Source of the DNA: Candidatus Bathyarchaeota archaeon | GTDB lineage: Archaea; Thermoproteota; Bathyarchaeia; Bathyarchaeales; Bathycorpusculaceae | Length of the DNA: 64,000 bases | Direction: 5' to 3' | Assembly (NCBI GenBank): GCA_963826715.1 | Contig: CAWGYA010000002.1 | Location: 472,263 to 536,262, forward strand | Shown here: positions 19,238 to 29,904 of the stretch, piece by piece | How the letters are laid out: each line of letters opens with the position of its first letter | Position numbering within the stretch: the stretch's first letter is position 1 | Translations under genes and position numbers: made by a program | Notes under the pieces: model-generated | What the model was told of the DNA's origin: nothing | What the model saw: the letters and a program-made list of their open reading frames with translations, nothing else | The model's database searches: none

Positions 19238-22078
19238 TTAATTGGTCGAAGATTCTGGATTTTCCTTAATCACTGCTTTTGCTTCAATTATTGGAACTTC
19301 TATGCTTGTTGCTTTCGATTTAGGTTGCTTTGGCGACTCAACTACTGGTTTAGCCCGATTCACATCTACGCAACGAGAATCATTGTCTTCTTCTTTGAGG
19401 TTAAGGTTTCCTTTGACTGTACCGTCGCTGAGATATTCGATGCTAAAGCCCATTTTTTTGGTTAAACTGAGTGCTCTATAGTTGTCCTGTAACATTATGG
19501 CGTAGACACCCTCAACGCCTTTCTCTTTTGAAATGTCTAAGGTATAGTCAACTATTTTTGTACCCAAGCCTAAGCCCTGCCAGTAATCACTAACAATAAA
19601 CGCCATTTCACCATGTTTGCCATCAGATTCAATACTCAGCCGACTAACACCTAGGATTTTGCGTTTGCCGTTCTCTTCAATTTCTGCGACGATAGCTACT
19701 TCACGGTCGTAGTCAATGTTGCAGTAGCGTACCCTGACCTCGTGGGGTGTGTCTTTAAGCATTTGGAAGAAACGGTAGCGAATAGATTCTTCTGAGAGAC
19801 TCTGGAACCACTCAAGCCACATGGGTTCATCTTCAGGTTTGATGGGCCGCAGCATTATTTCCTGCCCATTTTTAAGCAGCCAGTGGGTTTCGTACTTCTT
19901 TGGGTATGGGCTGATAACCATATGTTCGTGAGGTTCGAATTTTTTGCAAACGTTCTCTTTGTTTATGACGACTCGGGCGTCAAGAATGACTGCTTCTTTG
20001 TCACTGATCAGCAGGGGGTTTATGTCGATTTCTTTTATCTGCGGAAAATCTACCAGCAGTTGGCTAAACATTAGAATGGTTTCGTCGAGTTTCTTAAGGT
20101 CTACAGGTGTTGAGCCACGATAGCCTTTGAGGAGGCGGTAAACTTTAGTTTCCTCCATCATACGGTGGATGAGCGTTGTATTTAGTGGTGGAAGCGCAAT
20201 GGCGTAGTCTTTAAAGAGTTCTACACCGACCCCACCCATACCGAAGAGTATGACTGGACCAAAAACAGGATCTGTTTTGCCCCCGATAATGAGTTCCTGC
20301 CCTTTTTTGCTAACCATAGGTTGAACTGTTACTCCGATGATTTGGGCTTTCGAATTGTAGGCGGTTGCGCGTTGAATGAGAAGCTCAAAGGCTTCACGGA
20401 CCTCTTTTGCCGAGTTAACGTTTAAGATGACTCCGCCTGCATCGCTTTTGTGGACGATTTGTGGAGAAAGTATTTTGAGTACAACTGGAAACCCCATCTC
20501 TTGCGCAAATGTGACAGCTTCATCGACATTGTTGGCTACAGCAGTTTTGACGACTGGGAAATTGTAGTATTTTAGGATTTTTTTAGCTTCATCTTCGGTG
20601 AGGATTTCGCGGTCTTCAAAGGCTGCATTACGGATGATTGCCATGATGGGTCGTTTTGGCGGAGCAGCATCAACAGGGAGCTCCTCGGGTGTTTCGTAAA
20701 GCAATTCGATGTTGCGTTGGTAGTTATACATGTACATGTAGGTTCTCAGTGCCTGCTCAGGAGTGCTGTAGGTGGGTATGTTGTTGGAATTTAAGATATT
20801 GTTAGCTTCCTGCACCGCGCCAAAACCCATAAACGAAGTTAGGATGGTTTTGTTCTGGTAGGGTTTGTTGCGGACAAGCTCCACGATGCTTTTTGCGATT
20901 TCAACTGACTCAGAAACAGCCTGCTGAGTAAAAACAATTAATATACCATCAACATTATCGTCGTTTAAAGCTGCATCCATAGCTGCTTTGTAGCGATCAG
21001 CCTTCGCATCCCCTAAAACATCAATCGGGTTGCCATGGCTCCAGAACGGGGGCAAAACAGCATTAAGAGAATCTATGGTTTTCTGACTGATTTTGGCAAT
21101 TTTGCCGCCTTGAGCAATCAAAGAATCAGTGGCCATGACGCCAGGTCCGCCTGCATTAGTAATAATGGCTAAGTTAGGACCCTTGGGCAGCGGTTGTGTA
21201 CCCAGAACTTCAGCAGCGTTAAATAAATCTGCAATTTCACTAACACGAACAACACCTGCCCGTTTAAAGGCTGCATCGTATATGCTATCTTCTCCAGAGA
21301 GCGAGCCTGTGTGAGAAGCAGCGGCTTTGGCGCTCTCAGAGAATTTACCCGATTTAACTACTATAATTGGTTTGGTTCTAGCGAAGTGTCTTGCGGCGCT
21401 CATGAACTTACGTGCTTCAGTTATGCCCTCGACATACATGAGTATGCTTTTAGTTTTTGGGTCAGCACCGAAGTAATCGATTAAGTCGCCGAAGTCCACG
21501 TCAATCATGGAGCCGACGGAAACGAAGTTGCTAAAACCGATGTTTTCATGAATTGCCCAATCCAAAATTGCTGAACCTAGGGCACCACTTTGAGAGAGAA
21601 ACGCTATGTTTCCGGCTTTAGGCATTTTATCGAGAAAAGTTGCGTTGAGGTTTATACGAGGTCGAATAAGGCCTATGCAGTTAGGTCCGATAACTCTTAT
21701 GCCATTTTGCTTGGCTGCTTGATAGACTTTATCCTCCAAAGCTTTTCCTTCGGGTCCAGTTTCTTTGAATCCGGCAGAGACTATAATTACGCCTTTTACA
21801 TGCGCTTTACCGCATTCCACCATGACATCTGGGACAGTTTTGGCCGGTGTGGCGATGATTGCTAAATCAACAGATTCAGCGATTTGGTCAACTGATGGGT
21901 ACGTTTTCACGCCTAAAATTTCAGGTTTTCTGACGTTAACGAAGTAAATTTTACCTGTGTAGCCCATCTGAGTGAAGTTCTTTACGATGGCATACCCAAC
22001 TGAGCCTTCTACGTCGCTGGCTCCGATGATAGCAACACTTTTAGGATTAAAAATTTTTTCCAGGTTTGTAGTGACCAT
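19238..22078 (-). CDS. ADP-forming acyl-CoA synthetase (alpha+beta) fused to a C-terminal GNAT domain (Pat/PatZ-type)
   Basis: CoA-binding IIGAS, GPNC, SQSGA, SHTG, ATP-grasp HKSDAGGV, GNAT WQGLGLG. Confidence 0.92.
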   Translation of the reverse strand: MVTTNLEKIFNPKSVAIIGASDVEGSVGYAIVKNFTQMGYTGKIYFVNVRKPEILGVKTYPSVDQIAESVDLAIIATPAKTVPDVMVECGKAHVKGVIIVSAGFKETGPEGKALEDKVYQAAKQNGIRVIGPNCIGLIRPRINLNATFLDKMPKAGNIAFLSQSGALGSAILDWAIHENIGFSNFVSVGSMIDVDFGDLIDYFGADPKTKSILMYVEGITEARKFMSAARHFARTKPIIVVKSGKFSESAKAAASHTGSLSGEDSIYDAAFKRAGVVRVSEIADLFNAAEVLGTQPLPKGPNLAIITNAGGPGVMATDSLIAQGGKIAKISQKTIDSLNAVLPPFWSHGNPIDVLGDAKADRYKAAMDAALNDDNVDGILIVFTQQAVSESVEIAKSIVELVRNKPYQNKTILTSFMGFGAVQEANNILNSNNIPTYSTPEQALRTYMYMYNYQRNIELLYETPEELPVDAAPPKRPIMAIIRNAAFEDREILTEDEAKKILKYYNFPVVKTAVANNVDEAVTFAQEMGFPVVLKILSPQIVHKSDAGGVILNVNSAKEVREAFELLIQRATAYNSKAQIIGVTVQPMVSKKGQELIIGGKTDPVFGPVILFGMGGVGVELFKDYAIALPPLNTTLIHRMMEETKVYRLLKGYRGSTPVDLKKLDETILMFSQLLVDFPQIKEIDINPLLISDKEAVILDARVVINKENVCKKFEPHEHMVISPYPKKYETHWLLKNGQEIMLRPIKPEDEPMWLEWFQSLSEESIRYRFFQMLKDTPHEVRVRYCNIDYDREVAIVAEIEENGKRKILGVSRLSIESDGKHGEMAFIVSDYWQGLGLGTKIVDYTLDISKEKGVEGVYAIMLQDNYRALSLTKKMGFSIEYLSDGTVKGNLNLKEEDNDSRCVDVNRAKPVVESPKQPKSKATSIEVPIIEAKAVIKENPESSTN

Positions 22079-22226
22079 GCTTTAACCCTCTGCCTTAGGG
22101 TCGTATAGTGAGGTAAATTAAAACTTATTGTTCTCGAATCGTTATACCTGAGGTTTAACCCTCTCAATTAACTGGAAGCTGCTTTTTATGTTTAATTGAA
22201 AGCGGAAGGCAAATTAAAAGAGAAAG

Positions 22227-22673
22227 TCATTTGAAGTCTTTTTTTATGTCATCAAGTGAAAGAATTTCCACGCCGTTATTCCTAAGCAATTGCTCTGCCT
22301 TCTCCGCATTACTGGGACGTAAAATAAACGCTACCTTGCCTTCAAAATGGACCGCGGAGGAATAAGCATATTCGATGTTTATGCCGTCGTCACCCAAAAG
22401 CTTGGTTATCTTTGAGAGCCGTTCGTGGGCGGAGCTGAAAATCGCAGTGACCTCTGTGTTTTTTTTGGATTTAGCGATATTGAAGCCTGCATTCTCAAGC
22501 AACGATGCAGCTTTTGCGGGTTGATCAACTATCATGCGAACTAAGCCGAATTCACCTGCATCAGCTATGGAAAGTGCGTAAACTTTTATTTTGTTGTTGT
22601 CGAGTTGGGACATGGCGTCGAATAGGGAGCCTGGACGGTTATCGAGAAACACACTAACTTGAGTAATAGGCAA
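22227..22673 (-). CDS. Tandem ACT-domain protein (PaaK-associated type)
   Basis: QVSVFLDNRPGSL...GINIEYAY. Confidence 0.9.
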   Translation of the reverse strand: MPITQVSVFLDNRPGSLFDAMSQLDNNKIKVYALSIADAGEFGLVRMIVDQPAKAASLLENAGFNIAKSKKNTEVTAIFSSAHERLSKITKLLGDDGINIEYAYSSAVHFEGKVAFILRPSNAEKAEQLLRNNGVEILSLDDIKKDFK

Positions 22674-22780
22674 ACATTACACCCAGTACTCCGTATATTA
22701 AAGTCTATATTTAACTTTAACCAGACAAAATATCCCACTATTCTGTTTATTTACCAACATTTATATTTTAACTTGAATAA

Positions 22781-23545
22781 TTGCTTGCTAATCGGAGAAA
22801 TAGAAACTTGTTAAAGTGCATAGGAGTCTCCAAGCGCTTCGGGGGGCTTCAAGCTCTAAGAAACGTTGACTTCACCATCAACAGCGGCGAAATAACGGGG
22901 CTCGTGGGTCCAAATGGCTCAGGCAAATCCACAATGCTCAATCTAATCAGCGGTGTCTACAAACCCGATTCAGGACAAATCGTATTCCTCGATGAAGACA
23001 TAACAAAGCTGCCTCCCTACACAATATGTATCAGGGGAATCACTAAAACCGCTCAGACAGTCCAATCCTTCCCAGAAATGACAGCTGCCGAAAACGTACT
23101 TACTGCAGCGTTGTTTAATCAGAAAAAAACTAACAAAACAGACTCCAGAGCAAAAGCTGAAGAGCTTTTAGAGTTTGTTGGAATTGGCAAAGGAAAATTT
23201 GATGTCACAACCAAAAACCTAAACGTTGTTGAGCTTCGGCGGATTCAACTGGCTAAAGCTCTAGCCACTAATCCCAAGCTGCTTCTCCTTGATGAGTTGC
23301 TCACAGGGTTAACGCCTAAGGAATCCGATGAAGCAATTGCGTTAATCAAACAAATTAACAGACAAGGCATCACCGTACTCATTGTGGAGCATATTATGCG
23401 AGTTATCATGGGTCTTTGCGATCGCGTTATAGTCCTTCAACATGGGGAAAAAATTTGTGAAGGCACTCCTAAACAGGTTTGCACCGATGAGAAGGTTGTT
23501 CAGGTTTATTTGGGCAAGCGCTTTACATTTGGAGAAGGGGAGTGA
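22781..23545 (+). CDS. livG: Branched-chain/HAAT ABC transporter ATPase
   Basis: GPNGSGKS, LLLDE, VEH, YLG. Confidence 0.9.
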   Translation: MLANRRNRNLLKCIGVSKRFGGLQALRNVDFTINSGEITGLVGPNGSGKSTMLNLISGVYKPDSGQIVFLDEDITKLPPYTICIRGITKTAQTVQSFPEMTAAENVLTAALFNQKKTNKTDSRAKAEELLEFVGIGKGKFDVTTKNLNVVELRRIQLAKALATNPKLLLLDELLTGLTPKESDEAIALIKQINRQGITVLIVEHIMRVIMGLCDRVIVLQHGEKICEGTPKQVCTDEKVVQVYLGKRFTFGEGE

Positions 23546-23552
23546 AAGGAAA

Positions 23553-24257
23553 ATGCTTGAGATAAAAAATGTTTCTGCGTCCTACGGCATGGTCAAGATT
23601 CTATATGATGTTAGCTTTAAGGTAGAAAAAGGTGAAATCGTTAGCATCATCGGTCCCAATGGTGCAGGCAAAACAACTCTGGTCAAAACCATAATGGGCT
23701 TCCTCAAACCTCAAACTGGGAGTATTAAATTCAAAGGGGAAAACATCGAAAGACTTCCAACTTATGAAATCGTCAAAAAGGGTCTCACGATGATCCCTGA
23801 AGGTAGAGAAATCTTTCCCAAAATGACCGTGGAGGAAAACTTGATGCTTGGCGCTTATACAATCAATGACAAAGCAAAAATAAAAGAGTCTAAAGAGCGC
23901 GTGATGGGAATTTTTTCTGTTTTAAAAAAGAAGGAAAAAGCTCTTGCACAGACACTTAGTGGTGGAGAGCAACAAATGTTGGTTATTTGCCGAAGTTTAA
24001 TGTCCAATCCCGAATTGTTGATTCTAGACGAGCCCTCTTTGGGTTTAGCTCCTATTATCGTTGAGAAAGTCCTTGATACGGTGCGAACCATAAATGAAGA
24101 GGGCGTGTCTGTGCTTTTGGTGGAACAGAACATACATGATAGTCTCAACGTTGCAAACCGTGGTTATGTTCTCGAGGAAGGGAAGGTTATATTGGAAGGA
24201 ACGAGTAGGGAACTTTTATCTAATAGCCACATAAAAGAAGTGTATCTGGGCCTTTAA
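23553..24257 (+). CDS. livF: Branched-chain/HAAT ABC transporter ATPase
   Basis: GPNGAGKT, LSGGEQQM, LDEPSLGLAP; ATG 23553 is the likely start. Confidence 0.92.
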   Translation: MLEIKNVSASYGMVKILYDVSFKVEKGEIVSIIGPNGAGKTTLVKTIMGFLKPQTGSIKFKGENIERLPTYEIVKKGLTMIPEGREIFPKMTVEENLMLGAYTINDKAKIKESKERVMGIFSVLKKKEKALAQTLSGGEQQMLVICRSLMSNPELLILDEPSLGLAPIIVEKVLDTVRTINEEGVSVLLVEQNIHDSLNVANRGYVLEEGKVILEGTSRELLSNSHIKEVYLGL

Positions 24258-24272
24258 AAGAGAGGAATTACC

Positions 24273-25592
24273 TTGGTGGATGGCAGATACTGGAATGAAA
24301 AAATCGAAACTATGCCAAGACAGGATATAAAAAATTATCAACTGCAAAAACTCAAAGACCAAGTCAAGTATTGTTATGAAAACAGCTCTTTTTACCACAA
24401 CAAATTCGATGAAATAAGCCTAAAACCTCAAGATATTCAATCGCTTGATGACCTCCAAAAAATTCCCTTCACAGTTAAAAGCGATTTACGCGATAATTAC
24501 CCGTTTGGTATGGTCACGGTGAATTCTGATGAAATTGTTGAAATTCACGCATCTAGCGGAACCACCGGCAATCCGATCGTGGGGGCCTACACGAAAAGCG
24601 ACCTTGAAATTTGGCAAGAGATAATGGCGCGTTCAATTTACACGGTCGGAGGTAGATACCAAGATGTCATCCATATTGCCTATGGTTATGGTTTATTCAC
24701 TGGCGGCTTCGGCTTCCATTACGGTGCCCAGAAAGTGGGCGCAAAAATCGTGCCTGCCAGTGGCGGAATGACTCAGCGACAAATCAAACTCATGAAAGAT
24801 TTAGGTGCTACGATTCTCGCATGCACTCCCAGTTTTGCGGTTTATCTAGCAGAAACTATGGCACAGGAAGGAATTGTTCCAAAAAGAGATCTTAAACTAA
24901 GATGTGGCATGTTCGGTGCAGAACCTTGGTCTGATAAAATCCGGGAGCGAATCGAGCGAGAGATGAATATCGCAGCTTTTGATATTTATGGTTTAACGGA
25001 GCTCTGCGGTCCAGGCGTTTCCATCGAATGCGAACAGCATGCGGGACTGCATGTTTGGGAGGATCACTTCATCGTGGAAACCATCAATCCTGATACTGAC
25101 GAAGTTTTGCTTGAAGGTGAAGAAGGCGAACTTGTCTTCACCACTCTTACTAGAACAGGGATGCCTATGCTGCGTTATCGCACTCGGGATATCTCTAGAA
25201 TTGAAACTGCTCCATGTAAATGTGGTCGCACACATGCACGAATGAAACGTATTCAGGGCAGATCAGACGATATGCTAATCATCCGGGGTGTCAATGTTTT
25301 TCCTTCGCAAATTGAATTCGCAGTTATGTGTTTCTCGGAACTTGCCACGCAGTACCTAATAGTTATTGACCGCCCAGGAGCTTTGGACACCTTTGTTGTG
25401 AAAGTTGAGTTGTCCGAAAAAGCCACACGGGATCCACTTCTAGACAAAAATGTACTCAAATCAGAGATCCAGAAACGGATTCACATCGTGACAGGTATAT
25501 CGGCTGAAATTGAAATCGTAAAGCCGGGTGAGCTTCCTAGAAGCGAGGGCAAAGCTAAGAGAGTTTTGGATTTACGCAAAGGAAAAATGTAA
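24273..25592 (+). CDS. paaK: Phenylacetate-CoA ligase family
   Basis: HASSGTTG, YGLTE, RYRTRD, GRSDDM, PRSEGKAKR. Confidence 0.93.
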   Translation: MVDGRYWNEKIETMPRQDIKNYQLQKLKDQVKYCYENSSFYHNKFDEISLKPQDIQSLDDLQKIPFTVKSDLRDNYPFGMVTVNSDEIVEIHASSGTTGNPIVGAYTKSDLEIWQEIMARSIYTVGGRYQDVIHIAYGYGLFTGGFGFHYGAQKVGAKIVPASGGMTQRQIKLMKDLGATILACTPSFAVYLAETMAQEGIVPKRDLKLRCGMFGAEPWSDKIRERIEREMNIAAFDIYGLTELCGPGVSIECEQHAGLHVWEDHFIVETINPDTDEVLLEGEEGELVFTTLTRTGMPMLRYRTRDISRIETAPCKCGRTHARMKRIQGRSDDMLIIRGVNVFPSQIEFAVMCFSELATQYLIVIDRPGALDTFVVKVELSEKATRDPLLDKNVLKSEIQKRIHIVTGISAEIEIVKPGELPRSEGKAKRVLDLRKGKM

Positions 25593-25601
25593 GGATGTAC
25601 A

Positions 25602-27794
25602 ATGACGCCCAAGATTTCATCAAATAAGCCTGGCATTTTTGCCTTACTTAACGGTGATGAGGCAGTTGCACGTGGGGCAGTTGAAGCATCCATCAAAGTT
25701 GCCGCTGCCTATCCTGGAACACCATCCACTGAAATTTTGGAAACCATTGCTGAAGTTGCGAAAGATCATGGGATTTATGCCGAATGGAGCATTAACGAAA
25801 TCGTTGCCACCGAAGTTGCAGTGGGTGCTTCGATGACGGGGGTACGCTCGATTGTCTCCATGAAGCATGTAGGTTTAAACGTTGCTGCAGATGCCGTCAT
25901 GACGCTTGCGTATACGGGAGTAGAAGGGGGCTTGGTTATAGCGGTTTGTGATGATCCTGGATTGCACAGTAGCCAAAATGAGCAGGACACCCGCTATTTT
26001 GCTGTCCACTCCAAACTTCCGCTACTTGATGCAGGGAATCCACAGGAAGCGCTTGAAATGGCACGTGAAGCCTATGAAATCAGCGAAACCCTACATTTGC
26101 CTATATTTGTTCGGTTAACTACACGCGTCGCTCATGGCAAATCACGGGTGAAACTTGGGGAAATCCAAAAGATTAATCGTGTAGCAGAGTTTGACAAGAA
26201 TTGCTCAAAATGGGTAATGGTTCCCTCAAATGCGATACGCCAGCACCGCCTTTTAGAGAACAGATTATTGGAGGCGAAGCAGGAATCCGAGAAATCACGG
26301 TTCAATACTATTGAAGATAACGGCGCTGAAATCGGGATCATAGGCAGCGGTGTAGGCTACTACTATGCCCGGTCGGTTTTGGACAGCACAAAGTTTTCTT
26401 GGCTAAAACTTGGCTTTGTACACCCATTTCCAGCAGACCTCACACGAGCCTTTGCAGCAAAAGTAAAAAAAATCATAGTAATAGAGGAACTGCGTCCATA
26501 CATCGAAGAGAACTTGCAGCGTCTAAAAATTGACGTTATCGGTAAAGCTGAGTTAGGTCTTGAGGAAATCGGAGAGTTTACACCCGACAAACTCCGTGCC
26601 GCCCTCTCCAAAATTAAGCTAACCACCCCCCCAGAGAAAAACCTGGAAGTGGGATTACCGCCTCGTCCACCTGCACTTTGCCCCGGATGTCCCCACCGCG
26701 CCTTCTACTATGCCCTAAACATGGTTAACCAACATATAGAATGTGACAGCGTTAAATGTGTGGGGTGCGACATCTGCGAATACACCTGCTCCTTTGAGAA
26801 AGAAAAAATTTTCAATCCGCTCAAGTCACGAATTCGCTCAGTGAGATTGCAGCAAGTCCAAAACACTGCCATTACATGTAAAACATGCTCTAACGCACCC
26901 TGCATTGCAGCATGCCCAGAAGATGCGCTTACACAGAATAGACAAACAGGAACTGTCAAAGTTGAAGAGGACAAGTGCAAGGGATGCGGCTGGTGCATAG
27001 AAGCTTGCCAATATGGCGCCCTCACACTACACCCTATTACCCATAAACCACTTATCTGCGATACCTGCAGCGGAGACCCAAAATGCATTCCCACATGCCC
27101 CGAGAGCGCCCTTAGTTTAAAAGGTAAATCCGATGACAAAATAGTCACTGGAGATATCGGCTGCTACACTTTGGGGGTTTTACCTCCTATACAGTCAGTT
27201 CAAAGCTGTTTATGTATGGGAGCGGGGATTTCTCAAGCTTCAGGCATGATTCACGGGGGTGTCAAAGACAAAGTTTTTGCAGTTATTGGAGACTCCACAT
27301 TCTTCCATGGTGGAATGCCTGGACTACTTAACATAGTGTATAATCAAGCTAACGTCTGTGTCATCGTCATGGACAACAGCGTAGTAGCTATGACAGGACA
27401 TCAGCCTACCCCGGGTTCAGGAAAAACCGCAATGGGTACCGATGCAAAAATCGTAAACATACCTGAAATTGCTCGCGCCGTTGGAATAGAGAAAGTAATT
27501 ACCGTAGACCCCTACGATCAAAAAGCTACCATCGATGCCCTAAGAGAAATTATTAACTACCAAGGACCATCAGTGCTGATATCTAAGCGTCCTTGTCCAC
27601 TACGCATTGAGAGAGGGAAACCGCGGGAAGTCAAATCGGAATGCAACAACTGTGGTGTATGCACTAAAGCTTTCGGTTGTCCAGCCATAAGTCAAACCGG
27701 TAGCAAAACTGAGATTGACCCCGTCCTATGTAATGGATGCGGCGTTTGCGAAACCGTATGCCCATTTGACTCAATAAAGAGGAAAGAACCATGA
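25602..27794 (+). CDS. iorA: Indolepyruvate:ferredoxin oxidoreductase alpha subunit with an inserted 4x[4Fe-4S] domain
   Basis: YPGTPS, MKHVGLN, SSQNEQD, CPGCPH, GDIGC, GDSTFFH..N, C-terminal ferredoxin. Confidence 0.93.
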   Translation: MTPKISSNKPGIFALLNGDEAVARGAVEASIKVAAAYPGTPSTEILETIAEVAKDHGIYAEWSINEIVATEVAVGASMTGVRSIVSMKHVGLNVAADAVMTLAYTGVEGGLVIAVCDDPGLHSSQNEQDTRYFAVHSKLPLLDAGNPQEALEMAREAYEISETLHLPIFVRLTTRVAHGKSRVKLGEIQKINRVAEFDKNCSKWVMVPSNAIRQHRLLENRLLEAKQESEKSRFNTIEDNGAEIGIIGSGVGYYYARSVLDSTKFSWLKLGFVHPFPADLTRAFAAKVKKIIVIEELRPYIEENLQRLKIDVIGKAELGLEEIGEFTPDKLRAALSKIKLTTPPEKNLEVGLPPRPPALCPGCPHRAFYYALNMVNQHIECDSVKCVGCDICEYTCSFEKEKIFNPLKSRIRSVRLQQVQNTAITCKTCSNAPCIAACPEDALTQNRQTGTVKVEEDKCKGCGWCIEACQYGALTLHPITHKPLICDTCSGDPKCIPTCPESALSLKGKSDDKIVTGDIGCYTLGVLPPIQSVQSCLCMGAGISQASGMIHGGVKDKVFAVIGDSTFFHGGMPGLLNIVYNQANVCVIVMDNSVVAMTGHQPTPGSGKTAMGTDAKIVNIPEIARAVGIEKVITVDPYDQKATIDALREIINYQGPSVLISKRPCPLRIERGKPREVKSECNNCGVCTKAFGCPAISQTGSKTEIDPVLCNGCGVCETVCPFDSIKRKEP

Positions 27795-28372
27795 AACTCG
27801 ACGTAGTTTTCAGTGGAGTAGGGGGACAAGGAGTAGTTGTTTTAAGTGACATTTATTGTGAAGCTGCTATGCTTGAGGGTTTTGATGTAGCGAAAGCGGA
27901 GATCCATGGAATGGCACAACGTGGAGGTTCAATAGTTGCCTACACTCGAATAGGAGAAAAAGTTGAATCTCCCCTAATTGAAATAGGAAAAGCAGACGCT
28001 ATTGTTGGTTTTGAAATATTGGAGACCGCACGTACTCTTCCGATGCTTAAGAAAAACGGCTCGGTCATAGTCAACATGAAATATATTCCACTTAACTACA
28101 CCACTTCTGGCTCTAAATCAATAAAAGCAAAAGACTTGATTGAATTACTTAAATCTAAAGCGCTGGTTCATGAAATTAAGGGCACCGAAATAGCCCAAGA
28201 ATTAGGTAACCTACTTGTGGTAAATACGATTCTCTTGGGCGCCCTCTCAGCACTTCCAGATATACCTGTAAGTGTTGAGAGTTTCAAACAAGCAATTGCA
28301 GAAAGACTCAAAGAAAAATACATCAACTTGAACCTAAAAGCCTTCCAACTCGGTAGAAAAAGCGTTTTTTGA
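27791..28372 (+). CDS. iorB: Indolepyruvate oxidoreductase beta subunit
   Basis: GVGGQG, EIHGMAQRGGS; ATGA overlap with iorA. Confidence 0.94.
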   Translation: MKLDVVFSGVGGQGVVVLSDIYCEAAMLEGFDVAKAEIHGMAQRGGSIVAYTRIGEKVESPLIEIGKADAIVGFEILETARTLPMLKKNGSVIVNMKYIPLNYTTSGSKSIKAKDLIELLKSKALVHEIKGTEIAQELGNLLVVNTILLGALSALPDIPVSVESFKQAIAERLKEKYINLNLKAFQLGRKSVF

Positions 28373-28432
28373 GTTAATTTTATAAACGATTTGCTTTGAT
28401 ATAACCAAAGAAAAAGCAAAGAGGATGTTATA

Positions 28433-29806
28433 TTGCAAAAGAAAATTCTAGCCGTTATAGTAGTAATAATAATTGTTGTCGCAATTGTTGCAACGATTCA
28501 ATTAAGCATGACCCCAGAACCTTCTGCTGATGCACGAAATATCAAAATAGGCCTAGTTGCCCCAATATCAGGATCGCCCATCGGACAAGATATGGAACGT
28601 GCAGCTCGCATGGCAGTTGATGAAATCAATAATGCAGGCGGCATACACGTTTCAGGTTGGAACACTAACGTCAACGTAACATTAGTTATTGCTGATACAG
28701 TAAATGATGCCCCAGCTAACGCTGTTACTCCAGTAACAAGAGCTGTTGAAAGCGACCAAGTTGATTTACTCATAGGTGGATACGGCAGTGCAGGCACGCT
28801 TGCAAACGAAGTAGTCGCCATCGAAAACAAAATTCCATACATAATCACCGGAGCATCTAACCAACTCGTAACTCGAAGAGGACCCCAAGGCGATTATGGC
28901 GGATTCGGAGCAAACGGAGCAAACAGCATTAGTGACTCTGATGGAATGAGTTACATGTTCCACTATTGTACTACAACATACCATTACAGCAAAACAGTAG
29001 TTGACTTTTTTGCCAACGAAATGAAACCTATGGTTGCACCCGACCGTGACTTCAGCTTAGCGATACTCTACCGCAACGATGCCTTCGGACAAGGCGTCGA
29101 GCAAGCCGTTAAATTCTGGATACAAGATGAAAACCTCCCAATCACCTTAGTAGCTGACCGAAACTATGACCCAGCAACCACAAACTATCAAACCGACCTA
29201 ACAGCAGTCGCGACCACCCACCCAGATGCAGTACTTGTAGTAGACAATCCTGACAAATCACCATTAATAATAAAGCAAGGTTGGAACGACGTTGGCTTAA
29301 AAACAGTCTATATCGTTATTGAAAACAACCAAGACCAAGCATTCTATGACCTTATCGGAAGCACAGGTGATGGACAACTTCTTGAGTCAAGATTCAACCC
29401 CTTCATGAACCCCTCATATTCAACAGCGGTACAATCATATGTCACGAAATTCGAGACATTATACCCACATATGATGCCGGGAATGATGGGTGCAGATACG
29501 TATGACGCATTCTTCATAGTCAAAGCCGCGATCGAGAGCGCTGGAACAATCGACAAAGCAGCTGTCAGAGACGCACTTGAAGCAACAAAAATGGACCAGA
29601 GTCTCATTCCAACACAATCAGATAAGATTGAATTCAGTACTGGCGTTAACTATCATGAAATCGTACCAATGACTTTCGTCGAACAACTAAACTGGGACGC
29701 AGAAAACAGCCACCTAACATCACAAATCGTTTGGACTCCGGATGCCAACAGCAATCTGAAACAAGCAGATTTCACCCTACCCACAGGGTATCAACCTGGA
29801 CAGTAA
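28433..29806 (+). CDS. ABC substrate-binding protein (LivK/HAAT-like) with N-terminal membrane anchor
   Basis: IKIGLVAPISG, AVDEINNAGG, YDAFFI patterns. Confidence 0.88.
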   Translation: MQKKILAVIVVIIIVVAIVATIQLSMTPEPSADARNIKIGLVAPISGSPIGQDMERAARMAVDEINNAGGIHVSGWNTNVNVTLVIADTVNDAPANAVTPVTRAVESDQVDLLIGGYGSAGTLANEVVAIENKIPYIITGASNQLVTRRGPQGDYGGFGANGANSISDSDGMSYMFHYCTTTYHYSKTVVDFFANEMKPMVAPDRDFSLAILYRNDAFGQGVEQAVKFWIQDENLPITLVADRNYDPATTNYQTDLTAVATTHPDAVLVVDNPDKSPLIIKQGWNDVGLKTVYIVIENNQDQAFYDLIGSTGDGQLLESRFNPFMNPSYSTAVQSYVTKFETLYPHMMPGMMGADTYDAFFIVKAAIESAGTIDKAAVRDALEATKMDQSLIPTQSDKIEFSTGVNYHEIVPMTFVEQLNWDAENSHLTSQIVWTPDANSNLKQADFTLPTGYQPGQ

Positions 29807-29830
29807 CTGTCCAAACCATCTCTTTTCTTT
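29797..29830 (+). terminator. Hairpin plus T-rich tract after the binding-protein gene
   Basis: TGGACAG-TAA-CTGTCCA followed by TCTCTTTTCTTT. Confidence 0.45.
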
Positions 29831-29904
29831 GTTTCTCGCATATTTTAAATAGTTAACTTGAGAATTTATGTCAACCCTAATGTAAAGAGAGGGTTCATTA
29901 AAAC

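Noticed and set aside
26733-27122. Intein in iorA
   Set aside because: No C/S start with HN-C/S/T end and no LAGLIDADG motifs; the insert is a ferredoxin-type domain
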